Assembly (NCBI GenBank): GCA_964530725.1
Contig: CAZGYV010000004.1
Coordinates: forward strand, 1-55,235
Origin: an uncultured Candidatus Saccharibacteria bacterium
GTDB taxonomy: Bacteria; Patescibacteriota; Saccharimonadia; CAILAD01; CAZGYV01
Length of the DNA stretch: 55,235 nucleotides
Reading direction: 5' to 3'
Shown: piece after piece, positions 1 to 10,397 of the stretch
Layout of the letters: the number at the start of each line of letters is the position of its first letter
How positions within the stretch are numbered: the stretch's first letter is position 1
Notes under the pieces: model-generated
Databases searched by the model: none
What the model was told of the DNA's origin: nothing
Seen by the model: the letters and a program-made list of their open reading frames with translations, nothing else
Translations under genes and position numbers: made by a program

Positions 1-268
1 TAACGTGGAACTTATTATAAATCAAGCTTGTTAAATATAACATAAAAGCGTTAATAAACAAGGTGAAAAGCCCCAAGGTCAAAACAATTGCCGGTAGCGA
101 CAGAATGATCACTAGCGGGCGGATAAAAGCATTCACCAAACCAAAAATCAATGAGGCTATAATCAAAACCCTTGCCTGATCGCCGTATGAAATCCCGGAA
201 AACAACTGGGCTGCTACCCACAAACCTGCGAAGTTAACCAGCCAACTTACTAATAGATGTCTTAACAC
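1..268 (-). CDS. phage-holin-family-4 / YvlD-like (DUF360-type) small membrane protein, C-terminus cut by window edge
   Basis: Not in the ORF track because it is partial. Hand translation from GTG at 268 gives VLRHLLVSWLVNFAGLWVAAQLFSGISYGDQARVLIIASLIFGLVNAFIRPLVIILSLPAIVLTLGLFTLFINAFMLYL... The LVNAFIRP...LSLP..LTLGLF..N pattern matches my recollection of this family. There is an in-frame stop at 278-280. Confidence 0.5.
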   Translation of the reverse strand, partial: MLRHLLVSWLVNFAGLWVAAQLFSGISYGDQARVLIIASLIFGLVNAFIRPLVIILSLPAIVLTLGLFTLFINAFMLYLTSLIYNKFHV

Positions 269-337
269 CCAGCTAGTTTAGCACGCTTGACTATATTTTT
301 CCAGTCAACAACAGGTAGAACCGCTCTTGAATCAAAG

Positions 338-481
338 CTATTTACGTTTTGTTTTTGGACGATCGACCAGACGAGCAACGGTAAAAACGCTCTTACCACT
401 GACTTTCATCTTGGTATGACGCTTTTTGTCACGATAATTCGCTTTTTTAATGGCCTGATCTAGCTTGCGCCTCGCGCTCAT
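338..481 (-). CDS. hypothetical small basic protein (47 aa)
   Basis: Below the ORF-track cutoff. ATG at 479-481 overlaps the uvrC stop (ATGA). Translation is MSARRKLDQAIKKANYRDKKRHTKMKVSGKSVFTVARLVDRPKTKRK, with stop at 338-340. No family recognised. Confidence 0.35.
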   Translation of the reverse strand: MSARRKLDQAIKKANYRDKKRHTKMKVSGKSVFTVARLVDRPKTKRK

Positions 482-1941
482 CCGATATGCTCCTTGATTA
501 TTTTAGCTTTTTTACCCACCACCCTAGCGAGCTCGGCTTCGCTGGCTTGACGCACACCCACCACGCTACCAAAATTACGTATCAACCGCTGACGAGTCAT
601 CGGCCCAACGCCCGGAATACTGTCTAAAATAGAAGATTTAATACGCTTATCGCGCACTCCTGTGTGATAGGTCACGGCAAAACGATGGGCTTCGTCACGA
701 ATGCGCTGCAGCAAGGCTATGGCTTGCGAATTTTTGGGCAGCTCTAAAATACTAAATTTCCCATCCTGCCACTCAAAACCATCCTTGCCATCACTCGATA
801 GTTCCTGGCCATTGCTCTCTGGCAATAAACGAACTATTTGTTCGCGTTTTTTGGCCAAACCAAAAGCCGGAATACTAATTCCTAATTCGGCCATGCTATC
901 TAGTGCCGCCGATAACTGCCCTTTGCCACCGTCAATCAAAATTAAATCAGGCTTCGGCCAGTCGTCATGGCTCTTGCCAAACCGCCGGCGCAACACCTCA
1001 CGCATCATCGCGAAATCATCAGGCCCAATGCTGCGCATCTTAAAGCGCCGATACTGCGCCTGATGAGGAATGCCATCGGTGAACACCACCATGCTGGCGA
1101 CCGCGTCGGCGCCGCTAAAATTGGAAATGTCATAAGCCTCGATCCGCCTTGGAACTCCTTTTAGGCTCAATCGACTAGCTAAGCCACTGAGAGCCTGGTC
1201 GACCGAAATATCACGTGACTCTTGAGCGCCAAAGATTACCTTTTGTGATAAAGCCTTGAGAGCCAAGTACTCATCGCGAATCGAGGCAGCTTGCTCATAG
1301 TTTTTCTTGGCGGCCGCTCTTTTCAATTGCCGCTCAAGCGAAGTAATCAAAGTCTGACTCTTGCCCCGCAGTATAAGGCTAAGCTTGCGAATGGTCGCTT
1401 TGTACTCCGCAGCCGAGGTACCTGGCTTTGGCGAAACACCAATCTGGTATTCAAGCGAGCTTTGGCGACTATAGCCCGTCTGGGTAGTGTAGTAAGGATA
1501 AATCCGCCGTAAATAACGCATGGCGGTCTTAACGCTATAGGCCGAAACGAAGGGGCCAAAGTACTGCGAATGATCATCGTTTGGCCGCCGGACATATGAT
1601 ATGACTGGGAATTCATCATCCGAAATTTTGATATACAAAAAGTTCTTATCGTCTTTGTCGCGCACGTTATAAAAAGGCTTATGGCGTTTTATAAACTCGG
1701 CTTCTAGGAACAGAGCTTCAATTTCCGAGCCGGCCACCAGCCAGTCAATCCGCGCGATCTGCTCGACTAAAAGCTTAGTCTTGATATCACGATTAGCCTG
1801 GTTCTGAAAATATGAAGCCACTCGCCGCCTTAGGATCGAGGCTTTGCCGACATACACAAGTTGATTTTGCTTGTCATAGAAAAAATATACACCGGGCGTG
1901 GTCGGGACTTCTTTTAATCGCTGCTTGAGCTGCTCTTGCAT
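478..1941 (-). CDS. uvrC: excinuclease ABC subunit C (UvrC), compact 487-aa form
   Basis: N-terminal GIY-YIG (GVYFFYDKQNQLVYVGKA), a UVR motif (YEQAASIRDEYLALK), an endonuclease region (RIEAYDISNF) and a C-terminal (HhH)2 (GVGPMTRQRLIRNFGS). Confidence 0.9.
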   Translation of the reverse strand: MQEQLKQRLKEVPTTPGVYFFYDKQNQLVYVGKASILRRRVASYFQNQANRDIKTKLLVEQIARIDWLVAGSEIEALFLEAEFIKRHKPFYNVRDKDDKNFLYIKISDDEFPVISYVRRPNDDHSQYFGPFVSAYSVKTAMRYLRRIYPYYTTQTGYSRQSSLEYQIGVSPKPGTSAAEYKATIRKLSLILRGKSQTLITSLERQLKRAAAKKNYEQAASIRDEYLALKALSQKVIFGAQESRDISVDQALSGLASRLSLKGVPRRIEAYDISNFSGADAVASMVVFTDGIPHQAQYRRFKMRSIGPDDFAMMREVLRRRFGKSHDDWPKPDLILIDGGKGQLSAALDSMAELGISIPAFGLAKKREQIVRLLPESNGQELSSDGKDGFEWQDGKFSILELPKNSQAIALLQRIRDEAHRFAVTYHTGVRDKRIKSSILDSIPGVGPMTRQRLIRNFGSVVGVRQASEAELARVVGKKAKIIKEHIG

Positions 1942-1975
1942 GCCTGTATTATAGCAAGCTATGGAAGCTAAGCTT

Positions 1976-4357
1976 CTACCAACACCACCACATGAAGCGT
2001 TTGCAGGTCGTGGTAAATCTAACAGAAGCTGGATCGGACATATTGCCGGCTACGTCACGCGCCCTGACAGTTAGTGTGTACTGCGTTTTTGACGTCAGGC
2101 CAATGATACTGTATTGCAACATGGGGGTAGTTAAAGTTTGTTCGCCAATCGACAAGACATAATCAACTACCCCGCTATCATCGCTAGAAGCTGACCAATT
2201 GGCCAGTGCGCTAGTCGTACTAGGTGCAACTTTTAAGCCAGTCGGCGCACTTGGCTTGGAGGTGTCAGCTGCCTTTGACGTAGTAACGACCACTTCATTG
2301 CTCAACTGACTTGTAGCCTGATCGCTGTCATAGGCTTGTACTTGATACTTGTATGTCGTAGCTGGCTGAACAGTGGAATCACTGAATCCAGGGGAGCTGA
2401 CATTGGCAATTTTCACGCCATCACGCAATACGACATAACCGCCAACCGACTTATCATCTTGGCTGGCCTGCCAACTTAGATTGACTTGGTTAGCACTGGT
2501 GGCCGTAGCACTCAACTCGCCAGGCGCTGTCGGCGGGGCGTTCGTTGGTGTTGGTACTGGAGTGGATGTGGCAGTTGGAGTCGGGGCTGGTGAAGAACCC
2601 ATTGTTGTCGCATGGAATAAAAAGGCCGCGTCCCGAGCTCCAATCGTGACAGACTGGACCAGAGTTGGATTGCCAGCCACATCCAACTTGTAATAACTTT
2701 TGTCTAAGTTGTAAGTCACAGGGCTAGCGGACGCATTAACAAGTACGAAACCATTTTTAAAATCTCTTCTGTATAAGCCTGCCTGCCCAGCCACAGATCC
2801 TTGTTCAACATTATTTAGTGTCGTCTGCGGAGCGCCGAAATCATAGAAATAAAGTGGGTCGGGGCTGTTCTTGCCCCAGGCGCCACCGTATTGATAACGG
2901 TCGGCGGCTGGATTATAAGCCAACAAGAGTGCGCCATAAGTAAAGCGTTTGTATTGATTAATATCACCCGCATAGTCATAGTTCCACCGTATCCAATATT
3001 GTGCCGGCCAATTGTTCTGCTGTATTTTAAAGTTCTGATCCATTGCCTGCGCCCAATCATAGTTGTAGCCATCCGAGCCTTTTAGCCAGTGCTCCAATAC
3101 CCCACCATCAAAATTTGCCAATAAATTATCCGTGCAAGCATTGTTGCGCGCGGCGTCAGCACCAAACAAACTATTAGCAGTAAATTTTACGTTTGGTAAT
3201 TGCCCGCGTAAGCCAGCCAGCTTTTGCAGCTGGGCATTACCCCAGCTATCCCGTGTTAGCTTAATGCTGGCCGCGTCATTCCAACCCCAGACCTGCGTGC
3301 CATCGTAGGCAGCATTGTTGTACTGGTTGCAGCTTGAGACATCCAGCCAAGTCGTGTTATAGCCCTGCATGTCCGGACCAAAGGTGGACTTGATGCGTCC
3401 GGCAATCCAATTAATGCCGTCAGCCTGCCAAATCTTGATGCCATAGCGCAGCGGCTTGGAAGAATTATTAAGACCAGGGATACCCGACAAGACTTGGTCG
3501 GAGGCGACCGCTTGAGAACTGCCAATGTAGAGCGGCGCCATAACTCGTTCCTGAGCGCTGTGAGCACTGGCTACCGTTCCTAAAAAAGCACGTTTAACCG
3601 GCATAGTGATGGTGCCACCAGTCTCGCTGGGATTGCCAGTAATCTGCATGATTTCATTACCGATCCTTAGCCATGACACGTAATCAGCCGTGCTGTTCGA
3701 ATAACCATCGCTATTCACGTCCTGAGAGTTGATAAAAGGCCACGTTGCAGGTTTACCAGCCGGTCTAAGCGATGATACGTTGACGCTAATAGTAGCATCG
3801 CTATTACTAACCACCCCCACCAAGCGCGCACCTGCGCCAGTATTGCTGCCAGGCTGATATGGCGCGTAATTGCCTGGCCAGTAAGTCGCGATCGCCAGCG
3901 GCGCATTATGCTCAATATCATTGGCTTCACCAAACAACGGTTCGCCGCTATTGGACTGGCTAACATAAGAACCATTACGATACTGACTCGACCAAACGCC
4001 AGCATCGCTAAGCTTTTTAGCTAGCGTTGTGTCGCTCGCCGAAGTCTTAGTGGTATTGCCAAGCGAAAATGAATTTGGGCTAGATGCTTCGCCGTGAACA
4101 TGTTTGTACCAAGTTTTTAACTGCTCTACGCCAGTCGCGTTATTGACAGACTTAGCCTCGCTAGCGTTATTAAGCTCGCTAAATAACCTTATGTAGGGTG
4201 TAGCAGCCGGTGTCGGTGACTGCGGCGTACCGGCCTTAGACGACATAATGTAATAGCCCAAAATACTCAGCCCTACAACCAGTGCTAATACTATTACGAC
4301 ATTGTAGGCGGGCAATCCGGCTATGTATTTATTTTTCTGAGCTTTTCTATTGATCAT
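1976..4357 (-). CDS. membrane-anchored surface protein with a large uncharacterised (possibly glycan-active) domain, a Pro/Thr linker and two FN3 domains
   Basis: The ORF runs to GTG at 4387. I prefer ATG at 4357 (MINRKAQKNK followed by a TM helix). Linker is SSPAPTPTATSTPVPTPTNAPPTAPG. Two FN3-like repeats (LSWQAS...YKYQVQAYD; ANWSAS...YTLTVRARD). C-terminal tail is CKRFMWWCW. Confidence 0.75.
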   Translation of the reverse strand: MINRKAQKNKYIAGLPAYNVVIVLALVVGLSILGYYIMSSKAGTPQSPTPAATPYIRLFSELNNASEAKSVNNATGVEQLKTWYKHVHGEASSPNSFSLGNTTKTSASDTTLAKKLSDAGVWSSQYRNGSYVSQSNSGEPLFGEANDIEHNAPLAIATYWPGNYAPYQPGSNTGAGARLVGVVSNSDATISVNVSSLRPAGKPATWPFINSQDVNSDGYSNSTADYVSWLRIGNEIMQITGNPSETGGTITMPVKRAFLGTVASAHSAQERVMAPLYIGSSQAVASDQVLSGIPGLNNSSKPLRYGIKIWQADGINWIAGRIKSTFGPDMQGYNTTWLDVSSCNQYNNAAYDGTQVWGWNDAASIKLTRDSWGNAQLQKLAGLRGQLPNVKFTANSLFGADAARNNACTDNLLANFDGGVLEHWLKGSDGYNYDWAQAMDQNFKIQQNNWPAQYWIRWNYDYAGDINQYKRFTYGALLLAYNPAADRYQYGGAWGKNSPDPLYFYDFGAPQTTLNNVEQGSVAGQAGLYRRDFKNGFVLVNASASPVTYNLDKSYYKLDVAGNPTLVQSVTIGARDAAFLFHATTMGSSPAPTPTATSTPVPTPTNAPPTAPGELSATATSANQVNLSWQASQDDKSVGGYVVLRDGVKIANVSSPGFSDSTVQPATTYKYQVQAYDSDQATSQLSNEVVVTTSKAADTSKPSAPTGLKVAPSTTSALANWSASSDDSGVVDYVLSIGEQTLTTPMLQYSIIGLTSKTQYTLTVRARDVAGNMSDPASVRFTTTCKRFMWWCW
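2520..2598 (-). repeat. low-complexity Pro/Thr-linker coding tract
   Basis: The ggtgttggt/ggagtcgggg-type reiteration encodes PAPTPTATSTPVPTPTNAPPTAP. Confidence 0.6.
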
Positions 4358-4461
4358 AAAATCCAACACTAATACCACGGGGCACACTATAAAACATGCT
4401 TATGTTTAAGTATTGCCAAGCCAAAGCAATAAGTCAATGACTGTGGCCTTTAAAGCACGTC

Positions 4462-7386
4462 CTATTTAATCGAGCAAAAAATCATGAAGCACTGAGTGGT
4501 GGCCGTAGTAATTGCCGGAGCTGTCGCATTGCCGTTCTGACTGATACCTACGATACTCATAGTGTATGTAGTGTCGTTCTTTAGACCTCCAGGTTGAGGG
4601 CCGTAATATTTATAATTAGTGCCGCTGCCATTCGTGCTGCCCACCAAGCTTTCAATCGAGTTAAGCTTATTATCTCTAGCAAACACCAAGTAATTGTTGG
4701 CCTGAACGCCGCCGCTCTGCCAGGATAGATCGAGATAGTATTTACCTTGTATCCAGTCAAAGGCTAGGACGCGCTGCAAGCCACTGACGGTCAATGGCGG
4801 TTCGACTGGTGGTGGCGTTGGTGTAGGTAAAGGAGTAGGAGCGACTGTTGGGGTCGGGGTCGGAGCAGGAGTCGACGAAGGCGTAGCTGTTGGTGTTGGA
4901 GTTGGAGTCGACTGCGCCTTAGGGCATTGATTAGCGAAATTGGTGATCTGCGCAGCCAACATATCTTTGTGCGCACCTGAGAAGCTAGGTAAATATACTT
5001 CCACGAAAGTAGCTTTTGGCTCGGTCAATAGATGATCATAAACCTCATCCCAATTATCCCGATCGCCGACGTCAAACATTTGCATACCATGTGGCAACGG
5101 CTGGCTGACAGTCACCGGCTTGCCAAATCCATAGCTGGGATTACCCAAACCATTACCTTGAACGAATATCTTTTGGGTGCGGTTGGCTGCGGTCGAGCCT
5201 GATTTTTGAATCATGTAATTAATTAACTCGCCACCACGATAGTCCCGATTAGTGCCCTCGCCCCAGTGACCTGACATCGGAAATTCAACCGCCAGATCAT
5301 CACCTGCGTATTTTAGAGCAATATCAACCAGTCTTTTGTGCCCCTCCAACCACGCATCGCGATTATAGCCAGGCGCACTGCGGACGTATTGGTTGTCAAT
5401 TTCATCCCACAAATAGCCATACCACGACATGTGCATCATGCGCACGCCATTGGCCCTTGACCAAGCGGCCAATTTAGCGACATGTTGCTCGTAAGCTTTC
5501 TCAAACTCTGGATTGCCGGCCGCACCAGCCGGACTAAATGGCACTGGCACTCTTTCGCTTGACTCAACCGTGCCGTTTTTGTTCAGATCGGACAAGTAGT
5601 AATAGCCGCCATTATTGTAAACTGACTGCGGTGTATAGCGAGCTGCCATAAAGCGCGGTGTAAATGATTTATTTTTTGCTTTGGCCATAGCCATACCTTG
5701 ATCGTACGGCGTCATAGTGGTCTCGACGTCACGCCACGGATAGCGCAGCGATAGTCCACGCACGCTGGTAGTGCTGAGGGCAGAATTCAAACCTGTTGAG
5801 ACATCGGCTAGCTTCTTACCGCCATCGCCGCCACCTGTGCTAATCTGCTGGAGCACCCAAGTGCCGCAAAGCAGATCGCTATTTGTCTGACTACTTGGTT
5901 TAGGTGTTGGAGTCGGGGTCGAAGTCGGCGTTGGGGTTGGGGTTGGCGTAGTTGTAGTCGTTGAAACAGTAGAAACAAGCTGGGGTTTGTATTTTGCCAA
6001 AGTATCATAAATCACTTTAGCGCCGTCTTTCTTGTCTTGGGTGTAGTTATTATAAGCGGCAGTTTTGCGATCATAATTTATGGCCGCGCTGAAGTCTGTG
6101 TTATAAACCTCAACATAAGAAGCCTTGAGGTCAACCGCGTTTTTTATCGTCTGATCAAAATTAGCGTTAGAAATACACGAAGCGCTGTTGCAAAACGGCT
6201 CGGTTCCACCCACCGTCTGATAGCCAATCACGCCACGATTCGCGCTATTAGCGGCTTTCTCGCTCCAATTGTCGCTAATCCACTTGATCATTTTATTGGT
6301 ATAAACGGCATCGTTGGCATAGGATGGGCCTAAACCATTGAATTGAATAAACCAGCCTCGCTTATTAGGTGTCATGTTGCCGTAGCCACCGTAATTTTGG
6401 CGGGCATGAGCATAAAACTTCGTGTTTTCGGTATTATCATTATCACAAGCACCGAGACCGGTACCGACAGCCATCGGCTGAGTGTCGCCGAAGCTATTGG
6501 CAAAAGTGCTTAGCAGATAGCCTTTCAAGAATTTGGTATATTCATCCTGTAAAATTTGGGTTGAGGCAGCATTATTGCCATCCGTCGCGATCGATTTGCC
6601 AAAATCTCGATTATATAGCTCAAACCATTTACTTTTTTGATTGGTCGGACAAAACGGCAAGAAATTCTCACCAAACACCTTGTATGGCCCGGTCAACATG
6701 GCCGTAACATTGGCTCGGTTGCCATAGCGAGCACCCATGGCGCTGACAAAATCTTTCCAGTCGGCTTGGAATGACTGATCCCAGAAAAGCGGAATAAAGG
6801 CTTGATACTGAGTGCCAGTTTTATTATCGGAATCCTGCCAGGTGTAGAATTTTGCCCCAGGTCGGCTCTGTCCGTTGGGGCGCGTGCCGCCACACCAAAC
6901 GTTTAGCGGTATCTGGTCTTTCACCCCATCACTATCAGTTGTTTGGGTGCAATTTATCGGACTAGCCGCCCCGACCGGAGCTCTAGACTGGCCGATAATT
7001 ACGCGCATCAGCAAATTTTTCGGTTTGCCGCCATTGGCATTTTTGACCTCAGCCGATTCGAGCGCTGCTAATGTCTGATCAATTTTAGTCCAATTATAAG
7101 TACCGTCATCATTCTGGACATCGTTCCAATAAAGTCCGGCCATACCCCAGCCAGCCACAAGCGGGTGAGTAATGTTACTCTTGTCAGTCGCATTCGGTAC
7201 GCCGCCGAACATATAATAGCCCTTAAACTCAGTCGGTGTCGCCGAGGCACGACTAAATAGTATGACAAACCCAAGTACCACCAAGCCAACAGCCAACACC
7301 AGCGTGGCAGCTAGACTAAACTTGGGGTTATTTTTAATCTTTTGCAGTGAACCGACCCGCGCCTTCTTAGTCTTTGTATTTGCCAT
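4462..7386 (-). CDS. membrane-anchored giant surface protein (974 aa) with two TIM-barrel-glycosidase-like domains, Pro/Thr linkers and a C-terminal FN3-like domain
   Basis: MANTKTKKAR followed by a TM anchor. Each large domain opens with a W-x-D/V-E...Y-D/NW string (LYWNDVQNDDGTYNWTKID; LRYPWRDVETTMTPYD), as in GH42/GH35-like barrels; this functional call is weak. There are two PT linkers. Tail is QCFMIFCSIK. Confidence 0.75.
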   Translation of the reverse strand: MANTKTKKARVGSLQKIKNNPKFSLAATLVLAVGLVVLGFVILFSRASATPTEFKGYYMFGGVPNATDKSNITHPLVAGWGMAGLYWNDVQNDDGTYNWTKIDQTLAALESAEVKNANGGKPKNLLMRVIIGQSRAPVGAASPINCTQTTDSDGVKDQIPLNVWCGGTRPNGQSRPGAKFYTWQDSDNKTGTQYQAFIPLFWDQSFQADWKDFVSAMGARYGNRANVTAMLTGPYKVFGENFLPFCPTNQKSKWFELYNRDFGKSIATDGNNAASTQILQDEYTKFLKGYLLSTFANSFGDTQPMAVGTGLGACDNDNTENTKFYAHARQNYGGYGNMTPNKRGWFIQFNGLGPSYANDAVYTNKMIKWISDNWSEKAANSANRGVIGYQTVGGTEPFCNSASCISNANFDQTIKNAVDLKASYVEVYNTDFSAAINYDRKTAAYNNYTQDKKDGAKVIYDTLAKYKPQLVSTVSTTTTTPTPTPTPTSTPTPTPKPSSQTNSDLLCGTWVLQQISTGGGDGGKKLADVSTGLNSALSTTSVRGLSLRYPWRDVETTMTPYDQGMAMAKAKNKSFTPRFMAARYTPQSVYNNGGYYYLSDLNKNGTVESSERVPVPFSPAGAAGNPEFEKAYEQHVAKLAAWSRANGVRMMHMSWYGYLWDEIDNQYVRSAPGYNRDAWLEGHKRLVDIALKYAGDDLAVEFPMSGHWGEGTNRDYRGGELINYMIQKSGSTAANRTQKIFVQGNGLGNPSYGFGKPVTVSQPLPHGMQMFDVGDRDNWDEVYDHLLTEPKATFVEVYLPSFSGAHKDMLAAQITNFANQCPKAQSTPTPTPTATPSSTPAPTPTPTVAPTPLPTPTPPPVEPPLTVSGLQRVLAFDWIQGKYYLDLSWQSGGVQANNYLVFARDNKLNSIESLVGSTNGSGTNYKYYGPQPGGLKNDTTYTMSIVGISQNGNATAPAITTATTQCFMIFCSIK
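4795..4913 (-). repeat. low-complexity Pro/Thr-linker coding tract
   Basis: Encodes STPTPTPTATPSSTPAPTPTPTVAPTPLPTPTPPPVEPP. Confidence 0.6.
5890..5975 (-). repeat. low-complexity Thr/Pro-linker coding tract
   Basis: Encodes STVSTTTTTPTPTPTPTSTPTPTPKPSS. Confidence 0.6.
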
Positions 7387-7488
7387 TTGTTATAGATTAG
7401 CCTTAGGTCGTTAATTATTATTCTTATGTTAATTTTATCGACTTTAAGTATTAAGTCAACTAAACCATAATAATTAAGCCCATCCGTA

Positions 7489-10302
7489 TTATTTCAAAAT
7501 TCGCTTGAGATATTTGCCGGTGTGGCTTTTAGCTACTTTGGCGACTTGCTCCGGCGTACCCTCGGCCACAATCATGCCGCCGCCACCGCCGCCCTCGGGC
7601 CCCAAGTCAATTACCCAGTCAGCACACTTAATCACATCAAGATTGTGCTCGATAATCAAAACACTATTACCAACCGACACCAAGGTATTTAACACCTCTA
7701 GTAACTTCGCCACATCTTCAAAATGCAAACCAGTGGTTGGTTCATCTAATATATAAAGTGTTTTGCCGGTAGCACGGCGAGCCAGCTCGGTCGAGAGCTT
7801 AATCCGTTGGGCTTCACCGCCCGATAAAGTGGTGGCTGGCTGGCCGAGCTTGATGTAGCCGAGCCCGACCGACTGCAGAGTTTCGAGCTTACGGCTGACA
7901 GTCGGAATATTAGCGAAAAACGCGCAGGCCGTCTCGACCGTCATTGCCAAGACATCGGCAATCGTCTTGCCTTTGTAAAGAATTTCCAGAGCTTCACGGT
8001 TGTATCGTTTGCCGTGGCAGCTCTCGCAGGTCACATAAACATCCGGCAAGAAATGCATCTCAATCTTAATAATGCCATCACCGCGGCAGGTCTCACAGCG
8101 GCCGCCCTTGACATTGAAGCTGAATCGGCCAGCCGAATAGCCACGAATCTTGGCCTCGGGAACCTGTGCAAAGAGCTCACGAATATCGGTAAATGCGCCG
8201 GTGTAAGTCGCCGGATTCGAACGAGGCGTGCGGCCAATTGGCGACTGATCGATATCAATCACCTTGTCCAGATTTTCGACACCAACTATTTCCTTGTGCT
8301 TACCGGCCGGCTCCTGAGCGCGATGATATTCCATTGACAATTTCTTGGCTAAAATATCATTAATTAGGCTGGATTTACCACTGCCTGAGACACCAGTCAC
8401 GACCGTCATGACGCCGAGTGGAATTTTTACATCGATATTTTTAAGATTATTTTCAGCCGCACCAATAATGCTCAGTGATTTGCCGTTAGATTTGCGGCGC
8501 GTCTTAGGCACAGCAATCACTTTGGTGCCGACCAAATACTGGCCGGTCAATGAGTCTTTGGCTTTTTCAATTACCTCGGGAGTCCCGACCGCTACCACCT
8601 CACCACCATGCTCACCAGCAAGCGGCCCAATATCGACGACGTAATCACTCGCCCTGATAGTATCTTCGTCATGCTCGACCACAATCACAGTATTACCTAA
8701 ATCACGAAGCCGCTTTAATGTAGCGATCAAACGATCATTATCACGCTGATGTAAACCAATTGAAGGCTCATCTAGGATATAAAGCACCCCCATCAGGCTC
8801 GAGCCGATCTGAGTCGCCAGACGAATCCGCTGAGCTTCACCACCAGCTAATGTATTAGCTGCCCGGTCGAGCGTCAGGTAGTTCAAACCAACGTCATTGA
8901 GAAACTTCAGCCTGGCTTGAATCTCTTTTAGGATCTGATTGGCAATTTTCATCTCAACTTCTGAAAGCTTGAGCGAGGCAAAATAGGTCAGCGACTCCTC
9001 AACCGATAGGCTTGTTACTTGAGCGATTGATTTGTCGTGAACCGTGATTGCCAGCACCTCCGGCTTAAGCCGTTTACCCCCACAGACCGGGCAAATATTG
9101 GTTGTCATATAGCGCTCAATCTCAGACTTAACAAAATCACTCTCACTCTCGCGATAACGACGTTCTAAATTAGGAATGATGCCTTCGAACTTGGTCTTGT
9201 AGACTCGCCCGCCTGGCCCACGAACACCAATCTCTTTGTCATCAGCTCCATGCATTAAAATTCGCAAATCTGATTCGCTTAGCTTCTCAACTGGCACGTT
9301 AAGACTAAATTTATATTTATCAGCCACCGCCTCAAGTAGCTTTGAGTACCATGTCATGCGACTAGTCGTGCGACTCCAAGGTCTAATCGCTCCCTCAGCA
9401 ATGGACAGGCGTGGGTTTGGAATAACCAGCTCTTCATCAACAACCAGCAAATTGCCAAGGCCAGTGCAATTTGGGCAAGCTCCGTGAGGAGCGTTAAAAG
9501 AAAAAAGCCGCGGCTCAATTTCTGGTAAGCTAAAGCCAGAATCAGCCGTGGTGTAATGTTCACTAAAAGTCTTCTCGGCATTACTATCATGCTCAAGAAT
9601 AGTAATAACTCCCTCACCCAGATGAAGAGCCTGCTCGATTGACTCGGTAATACGTTGGTGTACGCTAGAATCGACGCTCAATCGATCGACCGCGATTTCG
9701 ATGGTGTGCTTTTTATAGCGGTCAAGCTCAGGTACGTCCTCAATATCCATCATCTGGCCATTGACCCGAACTCGCGAATAACCGGCTTTGCGAGCTTCTT
9801 CGACGACATGTCTGTGCTCACCTTTTTTGTCCTTGATGACCGGTGCTAAAATAATTATTCGCGTTCCCGACGGATAATTCTCAACCGCATCGACGATCTG
9901 AGCAGGAGTCTGCCGTTTTAATTCTTCGCCGGTCGCCGGATCATGCGGTACACCGATACGAGCAAAAAGCAAGCGCAAATAATCATAAATCTCCGTCACC
10001 GTCGCTACAGTACTGCGCGGATTGCGGCTGGATGATTTTTGATCGATCGAAATGGCTGGCGAGAGGCCGTCGATTTGATCGACGTCCGGCTTTTCCATTA
10101 GAGCTAAGAACTGGCGGGCGTAGGCCGACAAGCTCTCGACGTAGCGACGTTGACCCTCGGCGTAAATCGTGTCAAAAGCCAGCGAGCTCTTACCAGAACC
10201 GGACAGACCGGTAATGACTACTAGCTTGTCGCGCGGTATTTCTAAGTCAATGTTTTTTAAATTATGCTCACGCGCGCCCTTAATAACTATCTTGTCGTGC
10301 AA
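7489..10302 (-). CDS. uvrA: excinuclease ABC subunit A (UvrA)
   Basis: Two ABC modules ([20 protein letters not shown]; LSGGEAQR twice) and CxxC zinc modules. The ORF extends to 10359, but the conserved N-terminus ([17 protein letters not shown]) begins at the in-frame TTG at 10300-10302. Confidence 0.93.
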   Translation of the reverse strand: MHDKIVIKGAREHNLKNIDLEIPRDKLVVITGLSGSGKSSLAFDTIYAEGQRRYVESLSAYARQFLALMEKPDVDQIDGLSPAISIDQKSSSRNPRSTVATVTEIYDYLRLLFARIGVPHDPATGEELKRQTPAQIVDAVENYPSGTRIIILAPVIKDKKGEHRHVVEEARKAGYSRVRVNGQMMDIEDVPELDRYKKHTIEIAVDRLSVDSSVHQRITESIEQALHLGEGVITILEHDSNAEKTFSEHYTTADSGFSLPEIEPRLFSFNAPHGACPNCTGLGNLLVVDEELVIPNPRLSIAEGAIRPWSRTTSRMTWYSKLLEAVADKYKFSLNVPVEKLSESDLRILMHGADDKEIGVRGPGGRVYKTKFEGIIPNLERRYRESESDFVKSEIERYMTTNICPVCGGKRLKPEVLAITVHDKSIAQVTSLSVEESLTYFASLKLSEVEMKIANQILKEIQARLKFLNDVGLNYLTLDRAANTLAGGEAQRIRLATQIGSSLMGVLYILDEPSIGLHQRDNDRLIATLKRLRDLGNTVIVVEHDEDTIRASDYVVDIGPLAGEHGGEVVAVGTPEVIEKAKDSLTGQYLVGTKVIAVPKTRRKSNGKSLSIIGAAENNLKNIDVKIPLGVMTVVTGVSGSGKSSLINDILAKKLSMEYHRAQEPAGKHKEIVGVENLDKVIDIDQSPIGRTPRSNPATYTGAFTDIRELFAQVPEAKIRGYSAGRFSFNVKGGRCETCRGDGIIKIEMHFLPDVYVTCESCHGKRYNREALEILYKGKTIADVLAMTVETACAFFANIPTVSRKLETLQSVGLGYIKLGQPATTLSGGEAQRIKLSTELARRATGKTLYILDEPTTGLHFEDVAKLLEVLNTLVSVGNSVLIIEHNLDVIKCADWVIDLGPEGGGGGGMIVAEGTPEQVAKVAKSHTGKYLKRILK

Positions 10303-10397
10303 AATTACCGCCTCACAAATAAGAATAAAAACTGCCATCCATTTTACATCTGCTGTCAAGCTCGGTCAAGGTATGGAATGTGTGGTAAAATCTAGCT

